Positions 19,558 to 29,133 of a stretch of 64,000 nucleotides of DNA are shown here, piece by piece. Position 1 is the first letter of the stretch; each line of letters begins with the position of its first letter. Made by a program: the position numbers and the translations under genes. The notes beneath the pieces were generated by a model. The model saw nothing but the letters and a program-made list of their open reading frames with translations, was not told where the DNA came from and ran no database searches. Source of the DNA: Candidatus Kapaibacterium sp. (lineage in GTDB: Bacteria; Bacteroidota; Ignavibacteria; Kapaibacteriales; UBA2268); contig OY761611.1 of the NCBI GenBank assembly GCA_963664875.1, positions 1,280,001 through 1,344,000 of the forward strand. Reading direction: 5' to 3'.

Positions 19558-20529
19558 CTATACCCCACTACTTATGATATCGTGTATTCGAATTACTCCG
19601 ACGCACTTTCCTTCGTCGGAGACAACCGGTAAAACGCTTATTTGGCTTTTTCTGTTTTCCATTAGAGAAAGAGCTTCTGCAAGATAGCTGTGTTCCTTTA
19701 CTTTCACAGGGGATTTAGTCATTATTTCTTCAATTGAGACACTGTCTAAATCTTTCACATTTTGAAATATCCTTCTAATGTCCCCATCGGTAACTAAACC
19801 AATCAAGAAATCATTTTTATCACAAACACAAACACAACCAAGGGATTTATTACTCATTTCCAAAATCAACGACCGCATATCTGCATCAGGGCTAATTTTT
19901 GGAGTTTTCTCTTTTGAGTGCATTACATCTTTAACTTGTAGTGTAATGTTTCGTCCGATTTGACCTGATGGATGTAACCTTGAAAAATCCTCCTGGGTTA
20001 CACCTCTAACCTTCATCACTGCTACTGCAAGTGCATCTCCAAGGGCTAATGCAACGGTAGTGCTTGTAGTTGGTGCCAAATTAAAAGGGCAGGCTTCTTT
20101 CTCAACTGTAGCATTGAGAGCAATGTCAGCAGCCCTTGCAAGGTAAGATTCCATATTGCCAACAATAGCAATAATTTTAGCTTTTCTCATTTTTAAATAT
20201 GGGATAAATCTGACAAGTTCTTCTGTGCCGCCTGATTTTGAAAGAAGAATAGCAACATCTCCCTCCTGGACTATGCCGATATCTCCATGCAAAGCATCTA
20301 CAGGGTGCAAAAATACAGATGAAACACCTATGGAAGAAAGAGTTGCAGAAATCTTATTGCCGATATTACCGGATTTACCTACACCTGTAACTACAATTTT
20401 ATGAGCATTTGCAACAAGACTTACAGCATTTGCAAATTGATCGTCTAAAAATGTTTTTACCTTTTCCATAGCCTGAATTTCTTCATCAAAAACTCTTTGG
20501 GCTTCCGCAAGTATTGTTGATTTATCCAT
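19558..20529 (-). CDS. kdsD: KpsF/GutQ arabinose-5-phosphate isomerase (SIS plus 2 CBS)
   Basis: TGVGKSG, HGDIG, EACPFNLAPTTSTT, HPSGQIG, TDGDIRR; ATG start 20529 (ORF track 20559). Confidence 0.93.
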   Translation of the reverse strand: MDKSTILAEAQRVFDEEIQAMEKVKTFLDDQFANAVSLVANAHKIVVTGVGKSGNIGNKISATLSSIGVSSVFLHPVDALHGDIGIVQEGDVAILLSKSGGTEELVRFIPYLKMRKAKIIAIVGNMESYLARAADIALNATVEKEACPFNLAPTTSTTVALALGDALAVAVMKVRGVTQEDFSRLHPSGQIGRNITLQVKDVMHSKEKTPKISPDADMRSLILEMSNKSLGCVCVCDKNDFLIGLVTDGDIRRIFQNVKDLDSVSIEEIMTKSPVKVKEHSYLAEALSLMENRKSQISVLPVVSDEGKCVGVIRIHDIISSGV

Positions 20530-20620
20530 CGATTTTGTCTTTTTAAATTGAATAATCACAAAAATAGCAAATAAGAAATTAACTACAAGGATGAGATTTT
20601 AGTATATTGACAATCACAAC

Positions 20621-20652
20621 AAAAAAGAGACGCTAAAAAATGCGCCTCTCTT
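20621..20652 (-). terminator. Probable terminator after HIT gene
   Basis: agagacgc...gcgcctct stem preceded by A-run. Confidence 0.55.
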
Positions 20653-20674
20653 GTAAATTAGATAGAAGACAAGA

Positions 20675-21019
20675 TCAACCGGGAGGCCAATTTAGAGGTC
20701 TTCCTCCGATTAGATGGACATGCAGATGAAATACAGTTTGACCTGCCCCTTCATTACAATTAACCACGAGACGATAACCGTCATCGGACAATCCCTCATT
20801 TTTTGCAATTTCTTTAGCTGCTAAAAATAGTTTACCGATAAGAACCGCATCTTCTTCAGTAACATCGTTGACAGTAGCTATTTGCTTTTTGGGGATAATT
20901 AAAATATGAGTCGGAGCCTGTGGACTAATATCTCTAAAAGCAAGCACTTCTTCATTTTCGAAGACTATATCAGCAGGCAAACTTTTGTCTATGATTTTCG
21001 AGAATATTGTATCTGCCAT
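20675..21019 (-). CDS. hinT: Histidine triad nucleotide-binding protein (HIT/HinT)
   Basis: [38 protein letters not shown]. Confidence 0.93.
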   Translation of the reverse strand: MADTIFSKIIDKSLPADIVFENEEVLAFRDISPQAPTHILIIPKKQIATVNDVTEEDAVLIGKLFLAAKEIAKNEGLSDDGYRLVVNCNEGAGQTVFHLHVHLIGGRPLNWPPG

Positions 21020-21101
21020 TTCAATCATCTCTCCTGACTATTTTAAAAAAAAGCCCCCCACTACTAAAAGCGGGGAGCTAATATATCAGTAATTGATATT
21101 A

Positions 21102-24100
21102 CTATCTAAGAACGTTTACTTTTGTAGAAACAACAGTTGCACCTGAAGTCATTCTCAAGATATAAGTACCTTGAGCAACAGGCATATTGTTGTTGTCATC
21201 AGCATTCCATTCAACTGAGTTCAAGCCGCGAGAAGCGCCATCAACACTGAATGTTTTAACAACGTTACCATAGATGTCAACGATATCGATATTTACATCA
21301 CCAGATTGTGGCAATACAAATTGGATAGTTGCAGAAGTTTCTACTTTGCTTGGCAAGCTTGTAATAGAAGCATCACCGAAGTCATAAGTAAGAACAACTA
21401 AGTTATCATTAGGACAGTTGTGAACGCCGTTGAAGTCAACGTTGCGTAATCTGTATTCGTAAGTAGTATTGAATACAACTTGTTCGTCAGCGTAGTTGTA
21501 CTGAGTAACAGAAGATTTGTTACCTTGACCTTCTACCCAACCGATTTGATGCCATTCGTCGCCCATTGCAGGGATTCTTCTTTCTACAAAGAAGCCACTA
21601 TTGTTTTCTTCCCATGCAGTTGACCAGTTAAGATCGATAGCACCTTTGCGAACCTGACCGTCGAAATCGCCTCTGTATTCTACAGGGATAAGATCGCAAT
21701 CTTCTTCGAAGTTACCAGGAGTTTCAGTTTTGTTACCGAAGAAAGGTCTTAGTAACGGAATCCAAGTACCACGAGTAAGAGTATGAGTATAACCATCAAC
21801 TGTAGAATTACCAAAGTGACCTGAGTGAGGATACATTGGGTTACCAAAAGTAGGCATACCTGCAAACCACTGATTAGTAGAAGCTACGTTTTCAGCTGCA
21901 AAGATGTTGTTGTTAATCAAGTTGTTGTTAGCATCGTATTTTCTCAATGATTTGTCAATCATTAAGTGAGTACCCCAACCACCAAGAGCAGCAGGCTGTT
22001 GATTGATAGTTACGAACGTAGAGCGCATACCCATTCTTTCTTTAGATGCAGCAAGTTCAAGACCTGTTTCACCCAACTGAGCGATAGCAATCCAGTAAGT
22101 ACCCGGAGGTAAAATCACAGGTTTGTCAAGTAGATAAGTACCGTATTCACCCCAGCCAGGTTGGTTAGGAGCTACCGGATTACCATTTTTGTCCAAATCA
22201 CGAATACCTCTTTGAGCAGGTAATAATGTACCGGCGATTTCGATGCTTGGTAAGTCATTGTTGTCAGTGTAAGCTAAGAATCTGATATGATCAGGAGCCA
22301 TGTTTTTTCTACCAAATGAAGCTTGATAACCTCTAAGAGTATCTTGGTTTCTAAGTACAAATTTCATCGCAATCTGACCTGAACCGTTACCGGCGTTAAC
22401 ACCTGCAGCAGCTTGATCCGGATCCCAACCTGATTGGTAAACGTTAGTACCGATACCACCAGTATTAGAAGCGTACAAGTTTAGACCTCTACCAGTAGAG
22501 TTAGTAAACTGGCTTGATTCAACGTCATTTTGAGCATTGTTTGATTCGTAAGCGAATACGTTACCAAATTTAAGATCTACATAAGTGAAAGTAGTATCGT
22601 TATTAGGTTTCAAATCGCCGTCTTCCATGATAGAGATAGCACGGATAGTGTATTGACCTTGACCTGTTTGTCTTGCATTCCAGCCTGGCATAGGTATTTC
22701 TGTAGCTACGCCAGATTCCATAGTAGCGATAGGGAATTTACGGCAGTAAACAGGAGTAACAGTAGGCCAGAAGTTTTCAGCTCTAAGATCTGTAATTCTA
22801 CCTTTGTAAATATCAACCTGAACTTCAAATGCTTTTGCAACAACAGAAGTGTTGTTAGACAATGAAACCCAAATTGGAATATTAGTAGCCTGAGAAGCAG
22901 GAGCTAATTCATAAGGCCATCTGATTTTAACAGCAGATACTTCGATATCTGTTTGTTCAGATGGGAATAGTAATGTTACGTTATCAACAAAGAAATCATC
23001 TTCGTCGTCATTGATATAAGGTAAACCTTTTTTATCATTTGTAGCTCTAACTTTGATTCTAAATCTAAAGTTTTTAGCACCTTCGTTTGGAGCATTGATA
23101 AATGTATCAGGGATAGCAACGAAGTATTTTTTGAATTCTTCGTCAAAACCTTCATCATATACTTCAGGTCTGAAACCATTAGGTTTCAAAGCACCGAAAT
23201 CAGGTTTAGAGAAAGAAGAGTCAGCATCTTGTTCCCAGAAACCAACCATATAACCACCGGCACCGTAAACAGTAAGAGCAGCCATATCAGTTACAGGAGC
23301 AACAGGCGCACCACCCCAAGCTCTGCGTGGGTGATTTCTCCATTTTTCATCAGGTATATTTGTAATAAATTTGATACCGTCAGGAGATGGTTGAGCTAAT
23401 TCAACAACGATTTCATCAGGAACAGCAGAAGCAGATCTTGTATTAGTGTACCAGCTCATCCAGTTCAAGTTTTGGAAAGCTAATGGTTCAGGACCGATAA
23501 GCTGACCATCACCAAAACCTCTCGGCCAATCTTTAGTAACAGGGTTAGCAACACGTGAAACTGACAAAGAAAGTACTGCATTGTATCTGTTTCTCATATC
23601 GATAGGGAATGATCTCAATTGGTCACCGCTCTTACCATCGCCATCAGCAGGGTGGTCAGCGCCGGAGAATTGAACTCTATTCATTTTGATACAAGGAGAT
23701 TCCAAGTTAATAGTATCACTTCTCAACCAATCAGCTTCCCATTGTGATCTAAATCTACCCAATGGTGGAAGTGGGTGGTGAGTAACTGATTCAGAAGGAA
23801 CAACTTCTGCGTCAATGTTTACCCATTTCAATACTGAAGGGATAGGACCACGGTCAGATACGTTAAATTGGTTAACGTTATCTTCAAATTGATCCAATCT
23901 GTTCATTACAAAAAGGTTGATGTTTGTTGTATCGTCAAACGGCCATTCATCGCCAAGAGTTTCACCAGTTTCAGGGTGAGAAGGATCAGCAATGATATAA
24001 GCGCGTAATCTACCAATGTTTGCAGGCTCGAATTCGTTTGGTTCAAATGGAGGGAAGAACACCTGTACGAAACCGTAAGGCGGAATACCATCATGACCTG

Positions 24101-25955
24101 AAGTTACGAAATCGATTGCTTCAGCTTCGTAGTTACCATTGTTGTTTTCTACATCTGAAAGTCTTACTTTCACATATTCCTGTCCATTACATGGAGTAGT
24201 TGTGATATCAGGAATTTCCAAACATTCTTTAGATACTGGCACGATTCTATTATAAATAGGTTGTGCTGTAATTTCGTTTACAATAACGAAACGAGTTCTA
24301 AATTCAATATCCTGAGCAACAAAGTTTACACCTGTAGGACCTTGAATTTGGTTAGAAGTATTTTGGATAAGACAAACAGGTTGAATTGCACCGATTCTTT
24401 CTTCACCAGCCAACAATTCGTAGTTTGCAGCGTTACCTGTCAAAATTCTTTCAGTAAAGTCAAGATTTGCATTTTCGTCAAGTTTTCTTGCCATGTACTG
24501 AATATCAATAACTCTAAGAGTATTTTGCCATTGTTTAAATCTTACTGCTAAGTTTGTACTTGGGAATGGAGTACCTGCAGGGTGTCCACCTAAGTGTTTA
24601 GCATAGTAGTGTGTGAATTGGATATATTCGCCACCCCAAGGATAGTAAGGATCAGTTTCTTCTACACCTGTAGGATAATTTACGTGGCGAGCAAACCCTC
24701 TAACACCTGCTAAAGTATTAAATCTGTAAACTAAAGCAGCGTCATAGCTATAGTAACCAAAAGACACAATACCGCTAAATTTCAAATAATTGAAAGTGAT
24801 AGAAGAATCCACACGATTCAAAATGACCTGAGCATTAGCAGAAATGTAATTGTTATCGCCAGGTCTTCCGTTAGTTGGAACTGTTGCCTGCTGACCCATA
24901 TCATTAACGACAGTACCTTTAAGGTTAGCATTTACATAGTAAATAACTAATTTACTGTTGTCGTTAAATCTTCTGTACCATACTTTACCCCAGTTATCCA
25001 CCATTTGAAGGTTAGGATTCCACTGAGACAAGTGCAAGTCACCCCAGAAAGGAGCAATAAGTGCAGATTTATGTTGTGTAGGAATAGCAGCTTCAATATT
25101 AGCAGGAGATGGATTTCTGATACCACCGTTGATAGTAGCTTCGCTACCACCGCAAACAGAGTATAGATAACCAAAATCATCAGCTAATGGGTCACCAGTA
25201 CCAGGACCATCCATAATACCGTCACCATCTTGATCAGCTTCAACCATGTTTCTTACACGAGAACCACCTGTAGCACCAAGGAACCAGTCCATAGACATAT
25301 TGTCATAAGCGCTTGTAGTTTGTGGCAATAATGTACGATTACCTTCCTGATCATAATAATATCTACGGTTAGTAAGTGCGATAACACCATTAGTAGATAC
25401 ATAGAATGAGTCATATCTAACACCGTTGAAATAGAACGGGAATCCCAAGCCCATTGGACCTGCAAATGCGTTATCTGTAGAGTCAGTCGCATTTACAACA
25501 CCATCTAACCAAAAGTTTTTAGTTGGTCCAGGATTAGCAGGGATAGCAGGGTTTCTAAAGAAAGCCAAACCTTTATCAGGATTTTGATCCCAATAAGTTT
25601 TTGGCAAAATTCTTGGACCAGCCATTAGTTTAGTCCAAAGGGTAGTAGATTGAGTTGTATCATAAAACTCAACAGTTGGTTTCCAATATGCAGTTCTTGC
25701 CGGATTTCCCGGGAACTCCATCGGATCGTTACTATCTACGAAGTAGTAACCTGTAGAAACAGCCGCATCCGTAACAGGATTTGCAGTTTCTTCAAAAGGC
25801 TCTGGAAAAGAAGTATTGTTGATGAACGGGTTAGGTTCAGCAAAAGTACTTTTTCTTAGGACATCGTCCTTTTTCTCCTCTTTTTTACCGTCAGCATAGC
25901 TGCCTGTAATTAAGAGACCGAAAGCCAGAGCGAGCAACAAAGTAAACCTTTTCAT
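21102..25955 (-). CDS. Large secreted surface protein (NIDO-like N-terminal region, Ig-like modules, FlgD-Ig/T9SS-type C-terminus)
   Basis: Signal peptide; GFPFYFNGVRYDSFYVSTNG and IAPFWGDL; IPVEY...WSTAWEENNSGFFVERR pre-CTD Ig domain; VEWNADDNNNMPVAQGTYILRM...KVNVLR. Confidence 0.75.
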   Translation of the reverse strand: MKRFTLLLALAFGLLITGSYADGKKEEKKDDVLRKSTFAEPNPFINNTSFPEPFEETANPVTDAAVSTGYYFVDSNDPMEFPGNPARTAYWKPTVEFYDTTQSTTLWTKLMAGPRILPKTYWDQNPDKGLAFFRNPAIPANPGPTKNFWLDGVVNATDSTDNAFAGPMGLGFPFYFNGVRYDSFYVSTNGVIALTNRRYYYDQEGNRTLLPQTTSAYDNMSMDWFLGATGGSRVRNMVEADQDGDGIMDGPGTGDPLADDFGYLYSVCGGSEATINGGIRNPSPANIEAAIPTQHKSALIAPFWGDLHLSQWNPNLQMVDNWGKVWYRRFNDNSKLVIYYVNANLKGTVVNDMGQQATVPTNGRPGDNNYISANAQVILNRVDSSITFNYLKFSGIVSFGYYSYDAALVYRFNTLAGVRGFARHVNYPTGVEETDPYYPWGGEYIQFTHYYAKHLGGHPAGTPFPSTNLAVRFKQWQNTLRVIDIQYMARKLDENANLDFTERILTGNAANYELLAGEERIGAIQPVCLIQNTSNQIQGPTGVNFVAQDIEFRTRFVIVNEITAQPIYNRIVPVSKECLEIPDITTTPCNGQEYVKVRLSDVENNNGNYEAEAIDFVTSGHDGIPPYGFVQVFFPPFEPNEFEPANIGRLRAYIIADPSHPETGETLGDEWPFDDTTNINLFVMNRLDQFEDNVNQFNVSDRGPIPSVLKWVNIDAEVVPSESVTHHPLPPLGRFRSQWEADWLRSDTINLESPCIKMNRVQFSGADHPADGDGKSGDQLRSFPIDMRNRYNAVLSLSVSRVANPVTKDWPRGFGDGQLIGPEPLAFQNLNWMSWYTNTRSASAVPDEIVVELAQPSPDGIKFITNIPDEKWRNHPRRAWGGAPVAPVTDMAALTVYGAGGYMVGFWEQDADSSFSKPDFGALKPNGFRPEVYDEGFDEEFKKYFVAIPDTFINAPNEGAKNFRFRIKVRATNDKKGLPYINDDEDDFFVDNVTLLFPSEQTDIEVSAVKIRWPYELAPASQATNIPIWVSLSNNTSVVAKAFEVQVDIYKGRITDLRAENFWPTVTPVYCRKFPIATMESGVATEIPMPGWNARQTGQGQYTIRAISIMEDGDLKPNNDTTFTYVDLKFGNVFAYESNNAQNDVESSQFTNSTGRGLNLYASNTGGIGTNVYQSGWDPDQAAAGVNAGNGSGQIAMKFVLRNQDTLRGYQASFGRKNMAPDHIRFLAYTDNNDLPSIEIAGTLLPAQRGIRDLDKNGNPVAPNQPGWGEYGTYLLDKPVILPPGTYWIAIAQLGETGLELAASKERMGMRSTFVTINQQPAALGGWGTHLMIDKSLRKYDANNNLINNNIFAAENVASTNQWFAGMPTFGNPMYPHSGHFGNSTVDGYTHTLTRGTWIPLLRPFFGNKTETPGNFEEDCDLIPVEYRGDFDGQVRKGAIDLNWSTAWEENNSGFFVERRIPAMGDEWHQIGWVEGQGNKSSVTQYNYADEQVVFNTTYEYRLRNVDFNGVHNCPNDNLVVLTYDFGDASITSLPSKVETSATIQFVLPQSGDVNIDIVDIYGNVVKTFSVDGASRGLNSVEWNADDNNNMPVAQGTYILRMTSGATVVSTKVNVLR

Positions 25956-26012
25956 TAGGCGCTCCTTGAAAATAATGAATGATAAATATTTATATCAACC
26001 TCTAACTTAATC

Positions 26013-27704
26013 TTAGCGTTTGAATCTCCAGCCTTTATCTTCGTATTCGAAGATCCAGCCTGCGATTTTTCCTTCGTCGATTGTTTTGAAGTTATCCCAG
26101 TAATCACGAGTATAAGTATATCTTGAGCCTGTTTCTGAAACAGGTACTGCATCTGCTTCGCTGATGATTCTGTCCATTCTTTCTTTCCAACCTACGAAGT
26201 TTTCTACTCTTAGATCGACCCAGCCTTCGAAGCACCATTGCTCAAGGTTTTCTTTAGTCAAATCTAATTCATCGACACCTCTGCGAACAGGGATTTTCAC
26301 TTCTGAACCACGCAAATAGTGTTTTCCGTCAGGCATTAGGATAACTAAGCCGATTGAAAGCATTTGCTGTCTCAATTTATCATCAGTTTTGATAATTTCA
26401 GTTGCTTTTGCAGAGAATTCTTCTGCAGTTACATTTGTGCAACCAGCCATAGAGCCTGCAATTTTTTTCATCAAAAATGCTTCGTATAACAATTTTGACA
26501 ATCTTGGAGGTCCAAGCAATTCGAATGCAACGCTATCTACGTTATATTCTTTTTCCATGTCTGCAATTTTATTTACAGCTACATTTTGCAACACACCGCC
26601 ACGGTAAGTTGGGCCTAAAGTAGTTGCATCTAAGCCTGCTATAACTTCGCGACCTGAGTTGCCACCTCTGATTTCATGAACTAAATATTCAGCGATTTCT
26701 TCAGGTGTAACGATTTCCATCTGACCTAAAGCAGAAATTGCCTGGAATTCGCCATGAGAGAATATACCGTTTTCGCCTGTGTCAATATACACAGATTTGA
26801 ACACATCGCCTGAATCAATTATATCAGATTTATCATCGAATACAAATTTACCTTCTGCAATTTTTGCACTTTCAGGTTTCATGTCAACTAATGGAATAGC
26901 TTGACCGCGTTTTTTGATTTCGCCATAAGCAATTTTTTTCCATGCAATAGTTGCAGCAGGTTTAATTTCTTTTACTAATGGTCCGTTTGGAGTTCTAGCC
27001 AAAAGGAAAAGAAGCAAAGTATGAGCACCGGCAACAGCTGTTTTAGACATCAATACTCTTGAAGGTCTTTCTTCGCTGTGTGTGTAAGGGATATTGAAGC
27101 CCATACCACCAGTGCCTGTAGTACCAACTTTGAAGTACATACCTGTGTTAGAATCCACAAGACCTTTATAAAGTATCTGTACGTGTCTGATTAGCTGAGG
27201 AATATAAGTACTTGCAATAACTTTTTCAATCCAAGCAGTATCTATGTTTCCGTTTTCGATGGATTTCATAGTATTTACTGCTGTGTTATAAATATCCATA
27301 TATGCAATCGCAGTGGCTGTATTGATACAGTCAATAACGATATCAGGTTTGGATTCTACAATTGTAGTATAAAGAGCTGATTCATCGCAAATTTTTTGAT
27401 CCAATTCGTCAAATACGTCACCGATATAGCCTTTTCTTCCGGTATCAGTATCCAATACGTCTCTAAAGTTCTGGTCTTTCCATTCCGTTCTTGTAAAAAC
27501 ATTACCCCATTTTGCTACAAACATTTCAGGATTGCAATTTGGGTACTCTTTTCTCAAAGTATTTACCGCATCTTCTGCTTCGTGTTTGAAGAGTGATGTT
27601 ATAATCAATTCTGCCGGCTCGAACTCCATAAGTTTACGGCAGATAGCTGATCCTACCAAGCCGAAGCCGCCTAAAATTAATACTTTTGAACCTTTGATTT
27701 GCAT
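26013..27704 (-). CDS. NAD(P)-binding Rossmann-fold protein of unknown function (long SDR-like)
   Basis: VLILGGFGLVG dinucleotide-binding motif; GTTGTGGMG and YTHSEERPS segment; ATG start 27704 (ORF track 27716). Confidence 0.65.
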   Translation of the reverse strand: MQIKGSKVLILGGFGLVGSAICRKLMEFEPAELIITSLFKHEAEDAVNTLRKEYPNCNPEMFVAKWGNVFTRTEWKDQNFRDVLDTDTGRKGYIGDVFDELDQKICDESALYTTIVESKPDIVIDCINTATAIAYMDIYNTAVNTMKSIENGNIDTAWIEKVIASTYIPQLIRHVQILYKGLVDSNTGMYFKVGTTGTGGMGFNIPYTHSEERPSRVLMSKTAVAGAHTLLLFLLARTPNGPLVKEIKPAATIAWKKIAYGEIKKRGQAIPLVDMKPESAKIAEGKFVFDDKSDIIDSGDVFKSVYIDTGENGIFSHGEFQAISALGQMEIVTPEEIAEYLVHEIRGGNSGREVIAGLDATTLGPTYRGGVLQNVAVNKIADMEKEYNVDSVAFELLGPPRLSKLLYEAFLMKKIAGSMAGCTNVTAEEFSAKATEIIKTDDKLRQQMLSIGLVILMPDGKHYLRGSEVKIPVRRGVDELDLTKENLEQWCFEGWVDLRVENFVGWKERMDRIISEADAVPVSETGSRYTYTRDYWDNFKTIDEGKIAGWIFEYEDKGWRFKR

Positions 27705-28070
27705 ATTATTAACCAAATTAATTTATAAAATCCAAAATCGATGTTATCTAATTGCGTAAAATAAAAAAATCGACAAGTATTGCCAAATGCTTTTACATCT
27801 TTTTTGCAAATAATTATTAACATTTTATTTGCTAAAGAGTTTTTTGCATTATTTATACACTTTATTTCCCTATAACATCGTCCCGAATTTTTCTTTAAAA
27901 AGCTGATTTAATCAATATTTGCAGCCCATTTGCAAATATTATAGTATCCCTCTTATTATCATTGACACATAAAAATAAAAAGGTCTCAAAAAATTTTTAA
28001 ATTCTTCAAAAAAAATTTATATCAGGAAAAACTATGCCAAATACGCCTATTAGGACGCATTTGGCTTGTT

Positions 28071-29072
28071 TTATAGTGTATTGCTTAAGTCTATGATTGT
28101 TTTATCTATTTGGTATGCTATTTCTTTTAGAGATAGGACTGACACATTTATTTTTGTTTTAATCAGTGATTTTGGCATTGATGGTGCAACTGCCTGCTCA
28201 GGATCCTGTGCAAAAAGTTTAGCTCCTGCATTATACATCTGCACCGCTCCTTCTGTGCCGTCTCTTCCAAGTCCGGTTAGTATGGCTCCAACGGAGTATT
28301 TTCCAAACACATCCACCATAGATTTGAACAGAGGATCAGCTGCTGGTCGAGCAAAGTTAACTTTCTCTCCTTGATAGACTTTCAGCTCCATTTTTTTCGT
28401 TACTTCCGTATGCATATCTCCGCGGGCAACATATAATCTGCCGGGAACTATCTTCATTTTATCTTCGGATAATACAACCTCGATATCCAAATCAGAATTC
28501 AATCTATCAACGAAAGAAGCAAACATCCATTCAGGTCCATGTTGTACTATAAAAAAAGCAGCTTTGGAATACTGAGAAATGCAACCCATCAATTCTTTGA
28601 CTGCCGGAGGTCCGCCTGTACTTGAGGCTATAGCAATCCCCGGGAACGGTGGTTTTACTTTTGAGGTAATAACCGGCACTTCATTCACGATTGCAGGTGC
28701 AGGCTGATTCTTTTTCTGCAATGCTTCATCGAGCCTTTTGAAAAGTACGTCAGGTTCTATGGGTTTGGTCAGAAAGTCATCAGCTCCGGAATCAAGGGCA
28801 TAGTTTCTTGCCACATCAGAATCGAGATGCGTAATCATGAGAATGATAGGGATTTTTCTCATTTTTTCTCTGATAGCAGTTATCAGCTCAATCCCGTCCA
28901 TTACCGGCATCATCCAATCTGTCAGCAAAAAGTCGTAATCTGTGATTATCAACTTTTGTAACGCCTCTTTGCCATTACTGCAAATATCCACAGCATAATT
29001 GTTACTTTTGAGTATATGTTGCAAAAGTAAAGCATTGGATTTTTCGTCTTCAACTATCAGTATTTTTTTCAT
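28071..29072 (-). CDS. cheB: Response regulator-CheB methylesterase
   Basis: REC (IVEDE, TDWMMP, FLTKP) plus methylesterase triad SSTGG, VQHGP, LTGLGRDG; RPAADPLF, PSMP. Confidence 0.85.
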   Translation of the reverse strand: MKKILIVEDEKSNALLLQHILKSNNYAVDICSNGKEALQKLIITDYDFLLTDWMMPVMDGIELITAIREKMRKIPIILMITHLDSDVARNYALDSGADDFLTKPIEPDVLFKRLDEALQKKNQPAPAIVNEVPVITSKVKPPFPGIAIASSTGGPPAVKELMGCISQYSKAAFFIVQHGPEWMFASFVDRLNSDLDIEVVLSEDKMKIVPGRLYVARGDMHTEVTKKMELKVYQGEKVNFARPAADPLFKSMVDVFGKYSVGAILTGLGRDGTEGAVQMYNAGAKLFAQDPEQAVAPSMPKSLIKTKINVSVLSLKEIAYQIDKTIIDLSNTL

Positions 29073-29133
29073 TGTACACTGTTCAATTATAAATCATTTT
29101 AAAACCCCTTTTCGCAAGTTAGGAAAAGCAGAT

